Assembly: GCF_006345805.1 (NCBI RefSeq)
Contig: NC_042997.1
Coordinates: 190,650,001-190,714,000 of the forward strand
DNA: 64,000 nt
DNA from: Octopus sinensis
Taxonomy: Eukaryota
Direction of reading: 5' to 3'
Positions 38,895-51,590 of this stretch are shown here, in pieces. The notes below the pieces were generated by a model. It worked only from the letters and a program-made list of their open reading frames with translations, was not told the DNA's origin and ran no database searches. The position numbers were made by a program, and so were the translations under genes. The stretch's first letter is position 1, and each line of letters opens with the position of its first letter.

Positions 38895-39112
38895 CGAGGG
38901 GATGCTGAAAATTTCCTGTCTTTATGGGTATCGCGAAAGGCCTAGCTAGACAACAAACATTCCGAGTTCTTTTATAGCGCTTAGAAAATCTGAAGGACAG
39001 CTAAAATAAGAGTGTGAATCTGAGAGGAGAATGTATTAAATAAAATCATAATTCACTGAACCTCCTATATTTTTCTTTTACCGAAAGACAGGAACTTTTC
39101 ATCGACACTTGT
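38895..39112. mobile_element. Mariner-derived MITE
   Basis: TIR-like ends cgaggggatgctgaaaatttcctgtcttt / aaagacaggaacttttcatcgacacttg. Confidence 0.65.
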
Positions 39113-39113
39113 G

Positions 39114-40000
39114 TCTAGGAGACCCAGAATTGTTTTGAAAGATCATAAAGATAACTTCTTCTCCAATCCTAAATCTAGATGGATTTGCCTTGGCAGTTCT
39201 GACCTGGACAGATTAAATAAAATTATTCAAGATAAATATATACGTAAACTTAAGGAAATATTAAAACTAGATCCAAGAAGCCATTAACTGGTGTGATAAA
39301 TCAGATAATAAAAATACAAGCAAATACATTCACTTCTATGCTAATAATAATTATTATTATATTAATCCCATTGTGCTAAAGAGTGTACTTATATTTGCTA
39401 GGAAAATTCTAACCTCAATTTAAAATAAATTAAAGTTATTTTGGAAGCCAGGAAGTCCATTATTTTATGATAACAACTACTGGGCCAGAAAAAATACTAA
39501 TGATTTTTTTTTACACAACTATGGGATCTACAGATTCTGCCCAAGTTACTGACTTAATGGGTGTATATACATATTATATCAATTCAATAATGAATTTCCA
39601 GATATTAAAGGCAGTCTCTATAGAGATGATACACTACTTTTTTTATTAATAGTAAATCCAATAGAAAATTGAACTGCTGTATGGAAAAATTCCATAGTTT
39701 TTTATTAGATTTGTTTATTTATCTCTATAGAAAATAAACATGATTCAGCTAATTACCTAGATGTTAATCTGAACTTTGTTACTGACCGATAAAGTCCATA
39801 AATCCAACAGTACATCAGCTTTAATAGTAACCATTGTAGAGCAATCACAAGAACTTTGGTTAATAATATTTCGAGACGTGTTCTATATTTAACCTCTAAT
39901 GAAGAAATCTTTAAAAATATTGCCGAATATTATAATGGTACCCCTAAAAATGTGTTATTGGAATAGATTAGCATATTGTAATAAAAATGAGAACTGCAAT
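39114..40000 (+). pseudogene. Decayed Penelope-like element reverse transcriptase
   Basis: RPRIVLKDHKDNF..NPKSR, TMGSTDSAQVTDLMG (39521), SLYRDD (39619-39630), NYLDVNLN, YISFNSNH..RTLVNNISRRVLYLTSNEEIF; frameshifted; degraded sequence continues to ~40.7 kb. Confidence 0.85.
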
Positions 40001-40151
40001 AAATTTTAATGTAATAATGGAAAATTGGTTCACAACGAAATGAGAGGATCTAATAGTGGAAATGTGAGCAATCTAATCGAAAGTAGTAATGATATGATTA
40101 TCAATAGTAAAAATTTTAATAGGAAAAAGTGTAGTAAAATATCCTGTATAG

Positions 40152-40189
<38 letters not shown>

Positions 40190-41189
40190 GGATTTAAGTC
40201 TAAAGATAATAAGTATACACCACATGCCAACCCAGATACGCCTAATGATGTTAATTATAATAAAGATATTTATATTTGGTTTATTATTCCTTACGCACGG
40301 AATGAAAATACGCGTTAGTTACTGTTAATTACTGTGAATAATCCTTATTTAAGTAACTTCAAATTTGGTTACTTCTAAAAATCTAGTATTATTTTGATAT
40401 CCATCATTATAGCTTAACTCTATATCTATGAGATAATATAGGTTGTAGTTATCGTAGCACTAAGTTGCTCTTCATATTTCTTAGGGAATTCTCCCTCCGA
40501 TAAACTACGTAAATAAAGAATATTTTTTTGTTAGTTACTCTAAAACAATTTGTATATCAATAACTTTAAGTAAAAGAGAAGAGTTCTTATATATTACCAA
40601 TATAATATTATGTTCTCATTTATATTTATATACACTTTTACTACCGTTTCTACATTAAGTAAAACCTTGATACTTAATTTATATACTTATATATTGTAAT
40701 TGTATGTTATTAAAATAGCCAAAGATTGTTTTCGACCTAAACGAATTTAGGTTAATATTATTTCAGATATATAGAATTATATTTCGATAACTGTAGATTC
40801 CCTTTACTTAATTATGTTGTCCGTTATAATTTTGTTGTTTTTTTAATTGTAATTGTTATGTTGTTGAAAGGTTAATGCTCTCGCTCCTAATCGTAGGCAT
40901 GTGAATTTATTATTTTTGCAACCCAGCCGTTCTTTCACACGGAATTCCGTCTGTCTTTCAAACAAAAGCTCCGAAGAGACTGATTTAAATCGATATGAAT
41001 TGTTTATAATTCAAATAATGTATATCAGTCGAAACAAATTTTTGAATAATTTTTTATGTTATCTTATATTATATTCATATATATTATGTTATATTATAAA
41101 TAAATTATTAGATTGTCAATTGAATCTCTCTATTTTATTTATTGTTTTTATATATATATATATATACATGTGTGTGTGTGTGTGTGTGT

Positions 41190-41237
<48 letters not shown>

Positions 41238-41253
41238 CGTGTGTGTGTGTGTG

Positions 41254-42155
41254 TTGGGTCATCCCATAAATAATGTGCTTTTTATACTTACTTCTTTTTC
41301 AAAATTAAGATAAACAAAGTTCTTTCTTAATCTTAAATAAACCTTCCTCCATTTTCTACAATGCCCTTCTATCTATCCGGTAGACTTGCCAGGCCCCTCT
41401 TCTAAAATCCGAAATTCACTTGTCCGTGACGAAATATACTCATCCACTACAGTTCTGACCTCACCTACAGAATTCATACTTTTTCGTTCCAATGATTTTG
41501 AAGACTGCGGAATAAATGAGAATCAGAGGAGACAATGTCAGGTGAATATGGTGGGTAGGGTATCGTTTCCCATTCAAACTGCTCTAGCTTTTGGAATGTT
41601 GTCCTCGCTCTATGTGGCCGAGCATTATCCTGATGGAAGAACACTTTCGTCTTGAAATCAGCGCTGGTGTCGATGAATGGTTAAATGACCAAACTTAAGC
41701 TTCTCTGCTAGTTCCTCAACTGTTATGATTGGATTTAGTTCCAACAGGTGTTGCAGGATGTCCTCGCCGAAATCTATAGATCTTCCAGGTCGAGGTCCGT
41801 CTTCTAGGGAGTAGTGTCCGGTTCGGAATTTCTGGAACCACTGTTGACACTGAATTACACTTATTGTATGAACCCCATATACTACATTGATATTCCCCGC
41901 ACTTTCCGTTGCGTTGTTGTCTTTATTGAACTCATAAAGCAACATATGCCGAATATGCTCCTTTGTCGCTTCCATTATAGCTTTGAAAAAATAACTGTTT
42001 ATATGGAACTGCTCTCTTCAAAACTTGTGCTAAGAATAAATACAAGGTAAAATTACTACCTGCTTTTATAGCAAGTTGATGCAGATAATTTATCCCATCC
42101 CCCTCCAACTTTTAGTTCATGCAACTGAAAAAATAGCATTATTTATGGATGACGC

Positions 42156-42158
<3 letters not shown>
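41254..42158 (-). mobile_element. Mariner transposon, internally deleted, both TIRs present
   Basis: TIRs ttgggtcatcccataaataatg / cattatttatggatgacgcaa; N-terminal HTH ORF 41658-41975 (HIRHMLLYEF, WFQKFRTG, PRPGRS) joined to HQDNARPH...YPPYSPDI C-terminus; the catalytic middle is missing. Confidence 0.92.
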
Positions 42159-42237
<79 letters not shown>

Positions 42238-42498
42238 TTTAAATAGAGGATATAATCATTAAAATGATTACATCAGTGGCTAGCCTATAAAAAAACTCGC
42301 CATATCGGTAAAATCAATTTTTAAGTATATAATTATAAAAATATAATTACAGTTAAGGTCTCTGAAGTGCCAACGCCTATACGCTAGAAGTAGGTGTCAA
42401 ATGTCTACAAGCCAGTCTAAACTTTTTCTCTATTTTATTAATAATACAAGGCCGAAAGCGTGGTAATGGGCAAGAAGACTTATACAAATTTCGGATAA

Positions 42499-42560
42499 CC
42501 CTTTATCTTAAGATTTCGTGTACTGTATTACAAAATTGCTTTACACTCTTCAGTAGAGAT
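42499..42560 (-). ncRNA. Type I hammerhead-like motif, full core
   Basis: tctcta CTGAAGA gtgt [21 nt] acac GAAA tc ttaa ga TA^ aaggg; A.A mismatch at the base of stem I. Confidence 0.65.
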
Positions 42561-43188
42561 ACGCCAACAATATAAAAGCGAAAAATACATATACATACCG
42601 ATAAATATTTGCGTACAGATACCGATATACACATGCATTTCCCGCATATATATTACATCTAATCGACCATCTTAGCCGTGTGGTTAATATCAGAAATCAT
42701 GCCGAGGGGAATATAGTACCACAGCAAAATATAATGACTAGAGAACTCGAAATTAGATATATTTATAGAGGATATAATCATTAAAATGATTATATCAATG
42801 GCTAGCGTATAAAAAAACTCCACCATATCGGTAAAATTAATTTTAAGTATATTTTATACTCCAGCGCCCTTAATTATAATTATATTTTTATAATTATAAA
42901 CTTAAAAATTAATTTTATCGATATGTTGGACTTTTTTACGCTAGCCATTGATACAATCATTTTAATGATTATATACTCTATTTATAAGCATACATAATTT
43001 TGAATTCTCTATTCATTATATTTCGCTGCAGTGCTATATACATCCCGGCATGATTACTGACATTAACCCCATGGCAGAGATGGGCGATTAGATATAATGT
43101 ATATTCGGGAAATGCATGTATATATTGGTATCTGTACGCAAAAGTTTATCGGTTTCTGTATGTATTTTTCGCTTATATATTGTCGGTG

Positions 43189-43254
43189 TATCTTTACTGA
43201 AGAGTGTAAAGTAATTTAGTATTACAAAACACGAAATCTTAAGATAAAGGGTTA
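43189..43254 (+). ncRNA. Type I hammerhead-like motif, full core
   Basis: tcttta CTGAAGA gtgt aaa gtaat ttagt attac aaa acac GAAA tc ttaa ga TA^ aaggg. Confidence 0.65.
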
Positions 43255-43415
43255 TCCGAAATTTTTGTAAATCTGCTTACCCAATACCACGCATTCGGCC
43301 TTGAATTATTAATAAGATAGAGAACAAGTTTAGAGTGACTCGTATACATTTGACATCTATTTCTAGCGTATAGGCGTTGGCACTTCAGCGCCCTTGATTT
43401 AATTATATTTTTTTA

Positions 43416-43476
<61 letters not shown>

Positions 43477-43484
43477 TATATATA

Positions 43485-43591
43485 TATGCTCGAAACGTAA
43501 AAGACTTTTAACTTTTTTTCCAGAGCGTTAAAAAGACTACACCTGCTTGTTGTTCGTACACCTGTCTTCGTCTTTTGTTTCTGTAAATTTG

Positions 43592-43637
<46 letters not shown>

Positions 43638-43800
43638 CAAGACAGGTGTACGAACAACAAGCAGGTGTAGTCGTTTAATGCTCTGGAAAAAAAGGTAAAA
43701 GCCTTTTACGTTTCGAGCATACGCTTTTCGACAGAAAGGAATAAGAAGAAAAAATGGAGAGAGAATGAAAAAAATCGGAGGCAGAAAAATTGTGTAGAGT
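43485..43800. mobile_element. Two Penelope-like terminal-repeat fragments, tail-to-tail; hammerhead-like motif at 43702-43739 (minus)
   Basis: ccttt CTGTCGA A aagc gtat gctc GAAA CG TA aaagg; same family as 7928 and 11568. Confidence 0.6.
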
Positions 43801-45579
43801 TCAGCGGTCAAACATGCCGAAATGACTGGAAAAAAAAGGTTGAATGAAAGGAAGATAATAATGGTGACCCTCCGATGAACTAAGGTGCACAAGCGTATGC
43901 GACTAGGTGAGAATGGTGTGTGTGAGTGTGTATGTGTGTATGTGTCAATGGGTGTGAGTAAATCTAACGTGTATGCGCGCGTGTATAACGTGTGCGTGTG
44001 TGTATTATTTTTAGCAGTTGATGAGTATTTTTAAAGTGGTGTGTGCACATGTGTATGTGTGTGTGTGTCTGTGACCAAATAGTGTGCATGTGTATAGTGT
44101 ATGTTTATGGGCAAAAGTTATCCTTGTCTATGCGTGTTGCGTGTGTCTATGCATGTTATGTGTGTGCACATATATTATCCGTGTTCCTGTATTATGTGCT
44201 TCTGTGGATGTGGGAGTATATATTGTCTATGTTCAGGTATTATGTGCTTGTGTGGGTGTGGGAGTGTGTATGATAGTATGTGGTGTGCGTACTGGGTTAA
44301 ACAGTGGGAAGGTGTTGTGGATGTTTGTGTAATGGTGTGTGAAGTGAGTGCTGAGTTTAACAGTGTGTATAGCTGCGTGTATAATGGTGCGTGTGGTGAG
44401 GGTACCGATGTGAGCGGTAAGCAGGTATGTAGACGGAGGGGCAGTTGATTGTAGGAGACGTGTGAGAATCGATATGGGGTTGGTGTCAGATGAAGAGAGG
44501 AGGTGAGTTAAGTCAATATGGCGCAAAGGAACGAAGAGAGATTAATTTCTGTTCACGGCGAAGGTGGAAGTCCAGGTGGCCCCTGTGCAGAGACAGTCCG
44601 AATACAGACAAATGTTGAAGCGAATGACCGGTAGAGCGGACATGACACGACACCGGGGTATAATTGCTGAGTATGATGTCTCGGAGGTGCTCCACGAAAC
44701 GGTCGGTCAAGCAACGTCCCGTTTGACCAATGTACAGAGAAGGACAGAGCAGGCGATGCAGTAAATAACATAGCTAGCGATGCAGGTAAAGGAGTCAGCG
44801 ACGTGATAGGGATGGTGATGTTTGTCTGTGATGAGGGTGGTGTATGTATGTATATATATACGTATATGTATGTGTGTATGTACGTATGCATGCATGCACT
44901 TACCAGCGCAAGTATGTACGCACGTATGTGACCGTGTATACAGTTTCTATTTACTAAAATCCTTCTTCGACAGGAGTTTGTTTCTTACAAAAAAGTGCCA
45001 TATCTAGATTCCGGCAAACAGCAACGATAACTGATTCACTTTGAACTTTAGAAAAATCTTGCATATTTTTCTACTCTGCTGTCTCATTATGTTAACCGGT
45101 TTCTTTCTTTACTTGAAAATTCAAGCGCTTCTGCATTATAACTTAAACATCTGCTAATATAATCAAGTTCATCAATGATTACTATGGCATAAATATGAAC
45201 TTATAATCATAACTAGCCAAGTATTAAATATTTACTCGTTACTTTTAATAAGTTACTCCTTATTTCTATTGGTCTTTCTTGGCCCTGTGGTCATTAAAGA
45301 TGCGTTAAAATATTCCTTTGTCATATTCGGATATTTTACTCTTCGCTAAACCCATTCAACGGTTTTATCGCTTTGAAATCTGGATTTTCTACACCTGAAG
45401 AATTTCAATATCCTTTAAGACACATATCTGACAGTATAGATAGCCTAAAGCTCGGATTCTGTGTGACGATGGAAATACCCCATCTTTCAACCATCCCAAG
45501 ACCACAAATGTATGCATGCATGCATGTATGTATGTATGTATACACACACACATGCACAGATACGTAGATAGATAGATAG

Positions 45580-45631
<52 letters not shown>

Positions 45632-46064
45632 TGTTTCTTTATCAGCCACACAGAGCTGGACACAGAGGGGACAAATTACAAAGTAGAGCCTTTCGTTTCG
45701 GGGAGTGAAAAAAGGGGGGTAAGTTTCCGATCAAAAGGGATCGTAAAAAAAATTATCAGTAGGGATCGTGTATCACAGAAATGTTATGATGTAAAGTGTA
45801 AATGGAGAAACAGATAAGGTTTATCCGTCGAAAGAAAAGCCTGCGGAAAAGACCACGGTAACCTCGGTTAATAATGTCACATGTTAACACATTTATTTGT
45901 AAGTAAATCTTTGTTTTAATTTTTTCCGGGTTCATAGGATTATGCTCAAGGTGGCTTCGTCATTCATACGTGCCATCCTTGCTACATTCACCCATCTATT
46001 TTTGAAACATTCACCAGACAAAACTTGCCTCTCTACTCTCACCTTCCTCCTCGAGTGATACTTG

Positions 46065-46135
<71 letters not shown>

Positions 46136-46163
46136 GTAACGTATTATGTATTAGGCAAAATTA

Positions 46164-46390
46164 AGGTGGTGAGCTAGCAAAATCTTAGCGCGCCGAATAA
46201 ATTGCTTAGCGACAATTCGCCTATCTTTACGTTCTTAGTTTCAATTCCGTCGAGGTCGACTTTGCCTTTCATCGCTTTCTGGATTGATAAAATTTTATTT
46301 TATTACCAGTTAAGCTTAACTCTCGAGTTAATCGGCTAAGCCCCCCTCCCAATATTCCAGGCTTTGTGCCTGTAGTACAAACGATTATAT
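46164..46390 (+). mobile_element. SINE family A, degenerate
   Basis: ggtggtgagctagcaaaatc...gaggtcgactttgcctttcatc. Confidence 0.75.
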
Positions 46391-46427
46391 TAAGAAGAAT
46401 ATATTACATATATATATATTTTTTATA

Positions 46428-46980
46428 TTTTTACTTGTTTCAGTCTTTGGAATGTGCCCATGCTGGGGCACGGTCTTGAAGAATTTTAGTCGAATGAATC
46501 GACTCCAGCACATTAAAATTTTTTTTAAAATTTTTGTACATACTCTATTGACTCTTGCCGGATCGCTTGCTTACGGGGACATAACACACAACAACGGTTG
46601 TCAAGCTTTGGTGGGGACAACACAGACATACAGTCACTCGTGGACGCACACACACTTGTATGTATGTGTGTGTATAATATACTATATATATAATTATATA
46701 GATATATATATATATACATATATTATACATATATGTATGTATGCATATGTATGTGTGTGTGTATAAATTAGAAAAAACCCAACTTTTATCAATTCAACAA
46801 TGAAATAGAAAAGAATTAAATATATAATAAAAACATATATGGTATAATTTAATTAATTTCACTGTTGAATTGATAAAAGGTAGGTTTTTCTAATTCATAT
46901 ACATATGTTATAATTTGTGAAATTTGATTTAGTATTACTAATTTGAATTTTTCCCTGTAAGTTTGGAATAATATTCCCTA

Positions 46981-47012
<32 letters not shown>

Positions 47013-47107
47013 CGGGCTTCTTTCAGTTTCCGTCTACCAAATCCATTCATAAAGCTTTGGTTGGCCCGAGGCTAGAGTAGAAGGTACTTGCCCAACGTGC
47101 CACGCAT
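46428..47107 (-). mobile_element. SINE family B, split by an insertion in its TA tract
   Basis: 3' part 46428-46760, 5' part 47010-47107. Confidence 0.8.
46766..46982 (+). mobile_element. Short Penelope-like end with 5' inversion
   Basis: 46766-46806 is inverted versus 46855-46895; the 3' end ttccctgtaagtttggaataatattcccta resembles the reverse complement of 22960-22990. Confidence 0.5.
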
Positions 47108-47510
47108 AGAAGATGGATGATGGATAGCAGAACCCGTAGATCGACGGCCAAATATCTTTCCACGCTTTGTTATGTCACCTAACGTTCAAATTCACATAAA
47201 AGTAACAGAAACGATATACTGGAACCGATGTAGTATATTAGGATACATATGTCACCTTAGTTTGTGCCCTTTGCCTATGCTATAAATATTTTATAAAAGA
47301 GTTTTTATATACCAATACTATGAATAGCATTTTATACAATATATATATATATACTATAAAAGGGGATATTATATTTTGGAGATATATTATGAAAGACTGG
47401 TCATACATATATGTATATATTATTATTGATTAATGGTAATATACATAATAATAGGTTTCAATTTCTCCTCGCTTTCCCAATCTCTCTCTTTCTCTCCCGC
47501 TTTAAATGTA

Positions 47511-47559
<49 letters not shown>

Positions 47560-48148
47560 CAATCTGCCTAATATATGCCTGCCGGGCAATCATGTTTCAA
47601 CGTAAAATAGAAGCCATTAATACACAATATATGATTGAAATCTAACCTTATTAGCGAAATTAAAAGACAATTGTATATCGGATAGTTAGTTCAAACAAAT
47701 GGTACGGCGGTCTCTGTATGGGTTCGGTATTCTATCAAAGGAATTCTTAATAAGGAAACACTTCGTTACAAATGAGAACTATAGCCTACATACACATACA
47801 TAGCCATACATATCCATACATACAACATAGACATACATACAAACAGATATACATAAATACATACGTATATGCATGTGTGGTGTGTGTGAAATTTCTTGAT
47901 GAAATTTAACGTAAAATGCTTGCAGACATATCAACTTCGGGGCAACTGCTGCCATTTATTGCTAAAATACCAAACGGAGCAAAAAATCAGATTATTTCAA
48001 GGGAAAAAAAAATTCTAAAAGAAATTATTCTATGTATCTTTCGTACCGTCTATGCTTGCGTGTGCGTGCGTGCATGTGTGTGTTTGTACACCCTGTGTGC
48101 ACATGTGAGTGTGTATTTGTCTGTACCTTTGTGCTTATATACATACAG

Positions 48149-48532
48149 TGGAGGCGCAATGGCCCAGTGGTTAGGGCAGCGGACTCGCGGTCATAGGATC
48201 GCGGTTTCGATTCCCAGACCGGGCATTGTGAGTGTTTATTGAGCGAAAACACCTAAAAGCTCCACGAGGCTCCGGCAGGGGATGGTGGTGATCCCTGCTG
48301 TACTCTTTCACCACAACTTTCTCTCACTCTTACTTCCTGTTTCTGTTGTACCTGTATTTCAAAGGGCCGGCCTTGTCACTCACTGTGTCACGCTGAATAT
48401 CCCCGAGAACTACGTTAAGGGTGCACGTGTCTGTGGAGTGCTCAGCCACTTACACGTTAATTTCACGAGCAGGCTGTTCCGTTGATTCGGATCAATCGGA
48501 ACCCTCGTCGTCGTAACCGACGGAGTGCTTCC
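48149..48532 (+). mobile_element. SINE family C, full length
   Basis: ggaggcgcaatggcccagtggttagggcagcggactcgcgg...gacggagtgcttcc. Confidence 0.9.
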
Positions 48533-48762
48533 TTATATACATACATCATCAGGTGTGTCTCTATAGATGCCTCTACCTGTACAATCTATAAAATTATAGT
48601 GTTTCCATTCTCAGGGATCCACTGTCGCTTTTTAAGAACTGTTTCTCTGAGAGTATTGCCTGTCTTTCTCTCTGCTTTCCATATGTCTGTCTCTACTCTT
48701 ACATTCATACATACATAAATTGATACATACACACACACACACACGCGCACATACATACTCAA

Positions 48763-48801
<39 letters not shown>

Positions 48802-48892
48802 CACATACATATATATATATATATATATACATATATATATACACACACATATATATATATGCAGATATAAATGTACATATGCATATGTATAT

Positions 48893-48963
48893 GCCGTGAT
48901 CATCTAGTGGTTAGGACCCCACGTTGTGGCCGTGCTAACCAGGTTCGAATCCTGGTCACGGCA
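48893..48963 (+). tRNA. tRNA-His(GTG), probably pseudogene
   Basis: GCCGTGATCATCTAGTGGTTAGGACCCCACGTTGTGGCCGTGCTAACCAGGTTCGAATCCTGGTCACGGCA; acceptor and T stems intact, D-stem and anticodon-stem mismatches, short variable loop, no T4 terminator. Confidence 0.8.
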
Positions 48964-49067
48964 GCCTCCCTATAATTTAGAATGGCGGTGCCCCAGTATG
49001 GCCACAGCAAGGGCTGAAACTAGATGAAATGAAATGAAATATATACAACACACACACATAAACACAC

Positions 49068-49132
<65 letters not shown>

Positions 49133-49133
49133 T

Positions 49134-49181
<48 letters not shown>

Positions 49182-49634
49182 GACAGACAGGACGACAGAC
49201 AGACAGACTGATAGATAGATAGATAGATAGCTAGATAGACGAACATATATACATGCATGCATACATACATACCTCTATGCATCACAAACATGTAATACCC
49301 AAAAGTATATCAACCATAAAAACATTAATTTCAATGAATTGAACACAAGCCCAAAATATACGGGTGAAACTAAATATGTAACCTTGCGTCTATTCTGCTG
49401 ACCAAAAACTTTAATTATCTAAATTGCCTTGATGACGTTCACTATGAGACAGTGGCTAACAGGGGATCAAGGGGCGCAACCGCTCCTCACGATCCTATCT
49501 TTTAAAATTGGCGTCTGTTCGACAATTATTTTTTAACTCTTTAGTTACCTACAGCAGTAGTTGTAAGTTTCATACGTAATGACATAGTTACTGAATCATT
49601 AAATTAATGAATATAATGTATATTATAATTAGAG

Positions 49635-49754
49635 ATATTTTGCCAAATCACGTTGAAAACGCCAGTTCTCGTTCGATCACCGAAGTTAAGCAACGTTCGA
49701 GCCTAGTTAGTTATTAGATTGGTGACCGCTTGGGAAACCGAGGTGCAGTAAACA
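49635..49754 (+). rRNA. 5S rRNA, degenerate copy/pseudogene
   Basis: cacgttgaaaacgccagttctcgttcgatcaccgaagttaagcaacg...ggtgaccgcttgggaaaccgaggtgcagtaaaca followed by T6; the first ~8 nt are diverged. Confidence 0.85.
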
Positions 49755-49766
49755 TTTTTTATTCCT

Positions 49767-50110
49767 AGTGGGGTTGCATGGATTAATGGTTAGAGTGTCG
49801 GACTCACAATCATGCGGTAGAAAGTTCGATTCCTGGACCGCGCCGCGTGTTGTGTTCTTGAGCAAGACACTTTATTTCAGGTTTTTCCAGTTCACTCAGC
49901 TGTAGAAATGAGTTGCAATGTCACTGGTGCCAAGCAGTATCGGACCCTTTGCCTTTCCCTTAGATAACATCGGTGGTGTGGAGAGGGGAGGCTGGTATGC
50001 ATGGTCAGTTGTTGGTCTTCCATAAACAACCTTGCCCGGACTTGTGCCTCAGAGGGGAAATTTCTAAGTGCAAACTCATGCTCATTTATGATCGAAGGGG
50101 TTCTTTACCC
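49767..50110 (+). mobile_element. Another tRNA-headed SINE with CORE-like block
   Basis: tggttagagtgtcggactc...gttcgattcc...ttcttgagcaagacacttt...cactcagctgtagaaatgag. Confidence 0.65.
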
Positions 50111-51174
50111 TTATTTCGCGTAATGTAAGAGAAATGAGCCTAGCGACATTTCATTTATCTTTATGTTCCGAGTTCAAATCCACCAAGGTCGTCTTTTCCT
50201 TTCATCTTTTCGGGGTCAACAAACTAAGTACTAGTAGTGTACTGGGGTAGATGTAATCGACTTACCTTTCCCCCCCCCCAAAGTTACTAGCCTTGTGCCA
50301 AAATCTGAAACCAATACAAGAGAAATGAGCGAAGAGAAAATTGCTTGATGTGTATCTCGCGGCCTTTTTTTTAGGTGCCTGCTCCTCCTAACTTTAGAAC
50401 AGTAATTTGATTGCCAAACTTTTTTTCAGTTCTATATTTAAGAGATGAGGAATTATGTGCATCATTTACATTATTTACATTCGATGGATATTTGTCCTCA
50501 TCTTGTTTGTTGTTAACACGTTTCGGTTGATATACCCTCCAGCCTTCTGCGGGTGTCTTGGGGAAATTTCAAACCTGGGTTCTCATTCCTAAGGTATCTT
50601 TCAAAGTATACCTTAACGTCTAGAAAACGGAGGTACATTATGGATTAATGCAGCTAAGGTTATGCAATGTTTGAGAAGAGTGAGCTGATAAATGAATTAA
50701 AATCATTTGATCACAAGTATGCTCAGTTAAGACGAGGCTGAAGTTAAACAACAATATCTATAGGAAACATTCTGGTTGTTTAATAGACCATAAATACAAA
50801 TCTTTGTATTTATGTCAACGAAACCCAAGAATGTAAATGAGATGCTGATTATAATTGCCATTAAGCTGTTTATTTATCAGTAATATATACCTTCTATTCA
50901 AATCAACGACGGAGGTTCTATATGGTCACTGAACCGATATGAAATAGCAGTCAAGCCTATCTTAGATTCTACCTTCATTGATTATTATCTAATTCTCTTC
51001 TCTCTAATTGGGAAATAAGTCTTTGAAAAATCGATACCAGTCAGACCAGTCTTTAATAACTTTTTCTACTTCCCCCCATGTAAGCTTCATTACTCTCAGC
51101 TCATCTTCAACTGATCTACGCTAATATTTTTTAATCGCCTTCCAGGTACCAGGTAGTTTCCGTCTTAAAACTAC

Positions 51175-51590
51175 CTATTTCTTTACTACCCACAAGGGGC
51201 TAAACACAGAGAGGACAAACAAGGACAGACAAACGGATTAAGTCGATTATATCGACCCCAGTGTGTAACTGGTACTTATTTAATCGACCCCGAAAGGATG
51301 AAAGGAAAAGTCGACCTCGGCGGAATTTGAACTCAGAACGTAGCAGCAGACGAAATACCTATTTCTTTACTACCTACAAGGGGCTAAACACAGAGGGGAC
51401 GCACAAGGACAGACCAACGGATTGAGTCGATTACATCGACTCCAGTACGTAACTGGTACTTATTTAATCAACTCCGAAAGGATAAACGGCAAAGTCGACC
51501 TCGGCGGAATTTGAACTCAGAACGTAAAGACAGACGAAATACCGCTAAGCATTTCGCCCGGCGTGCTAACGTTTCTGCCAGCTCGCTGCC
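51175..51590 (-). mobile_element. SINE family A dimer bounded by a ~19-bp TSD
   Basis: ttccgtctta a[a/t]actacct at 51158-51176 and 51591-51609; internal junction aaagaaatag|gtatttcg. Confidence 0.9.

Larger units (their letters stand above)
42241..43420. mobile_element. ~522-bp hammerhead-containing unit, ~1.2 copies minus then ~1.1 copies plus (head-to-head)
   Basis: tagaggatataatc at 42244 and 42766 (522 bp); cagcgccc at 42862 and 43386 (524 bp); arms are diverged reverse complements. Confidence 0.8.

Noticed and set aside
40715-40770. Hairpin at the expected hammerhead position after the PLE remnant
   Set aside because: Core nucleotides cannot be assigned on either strand
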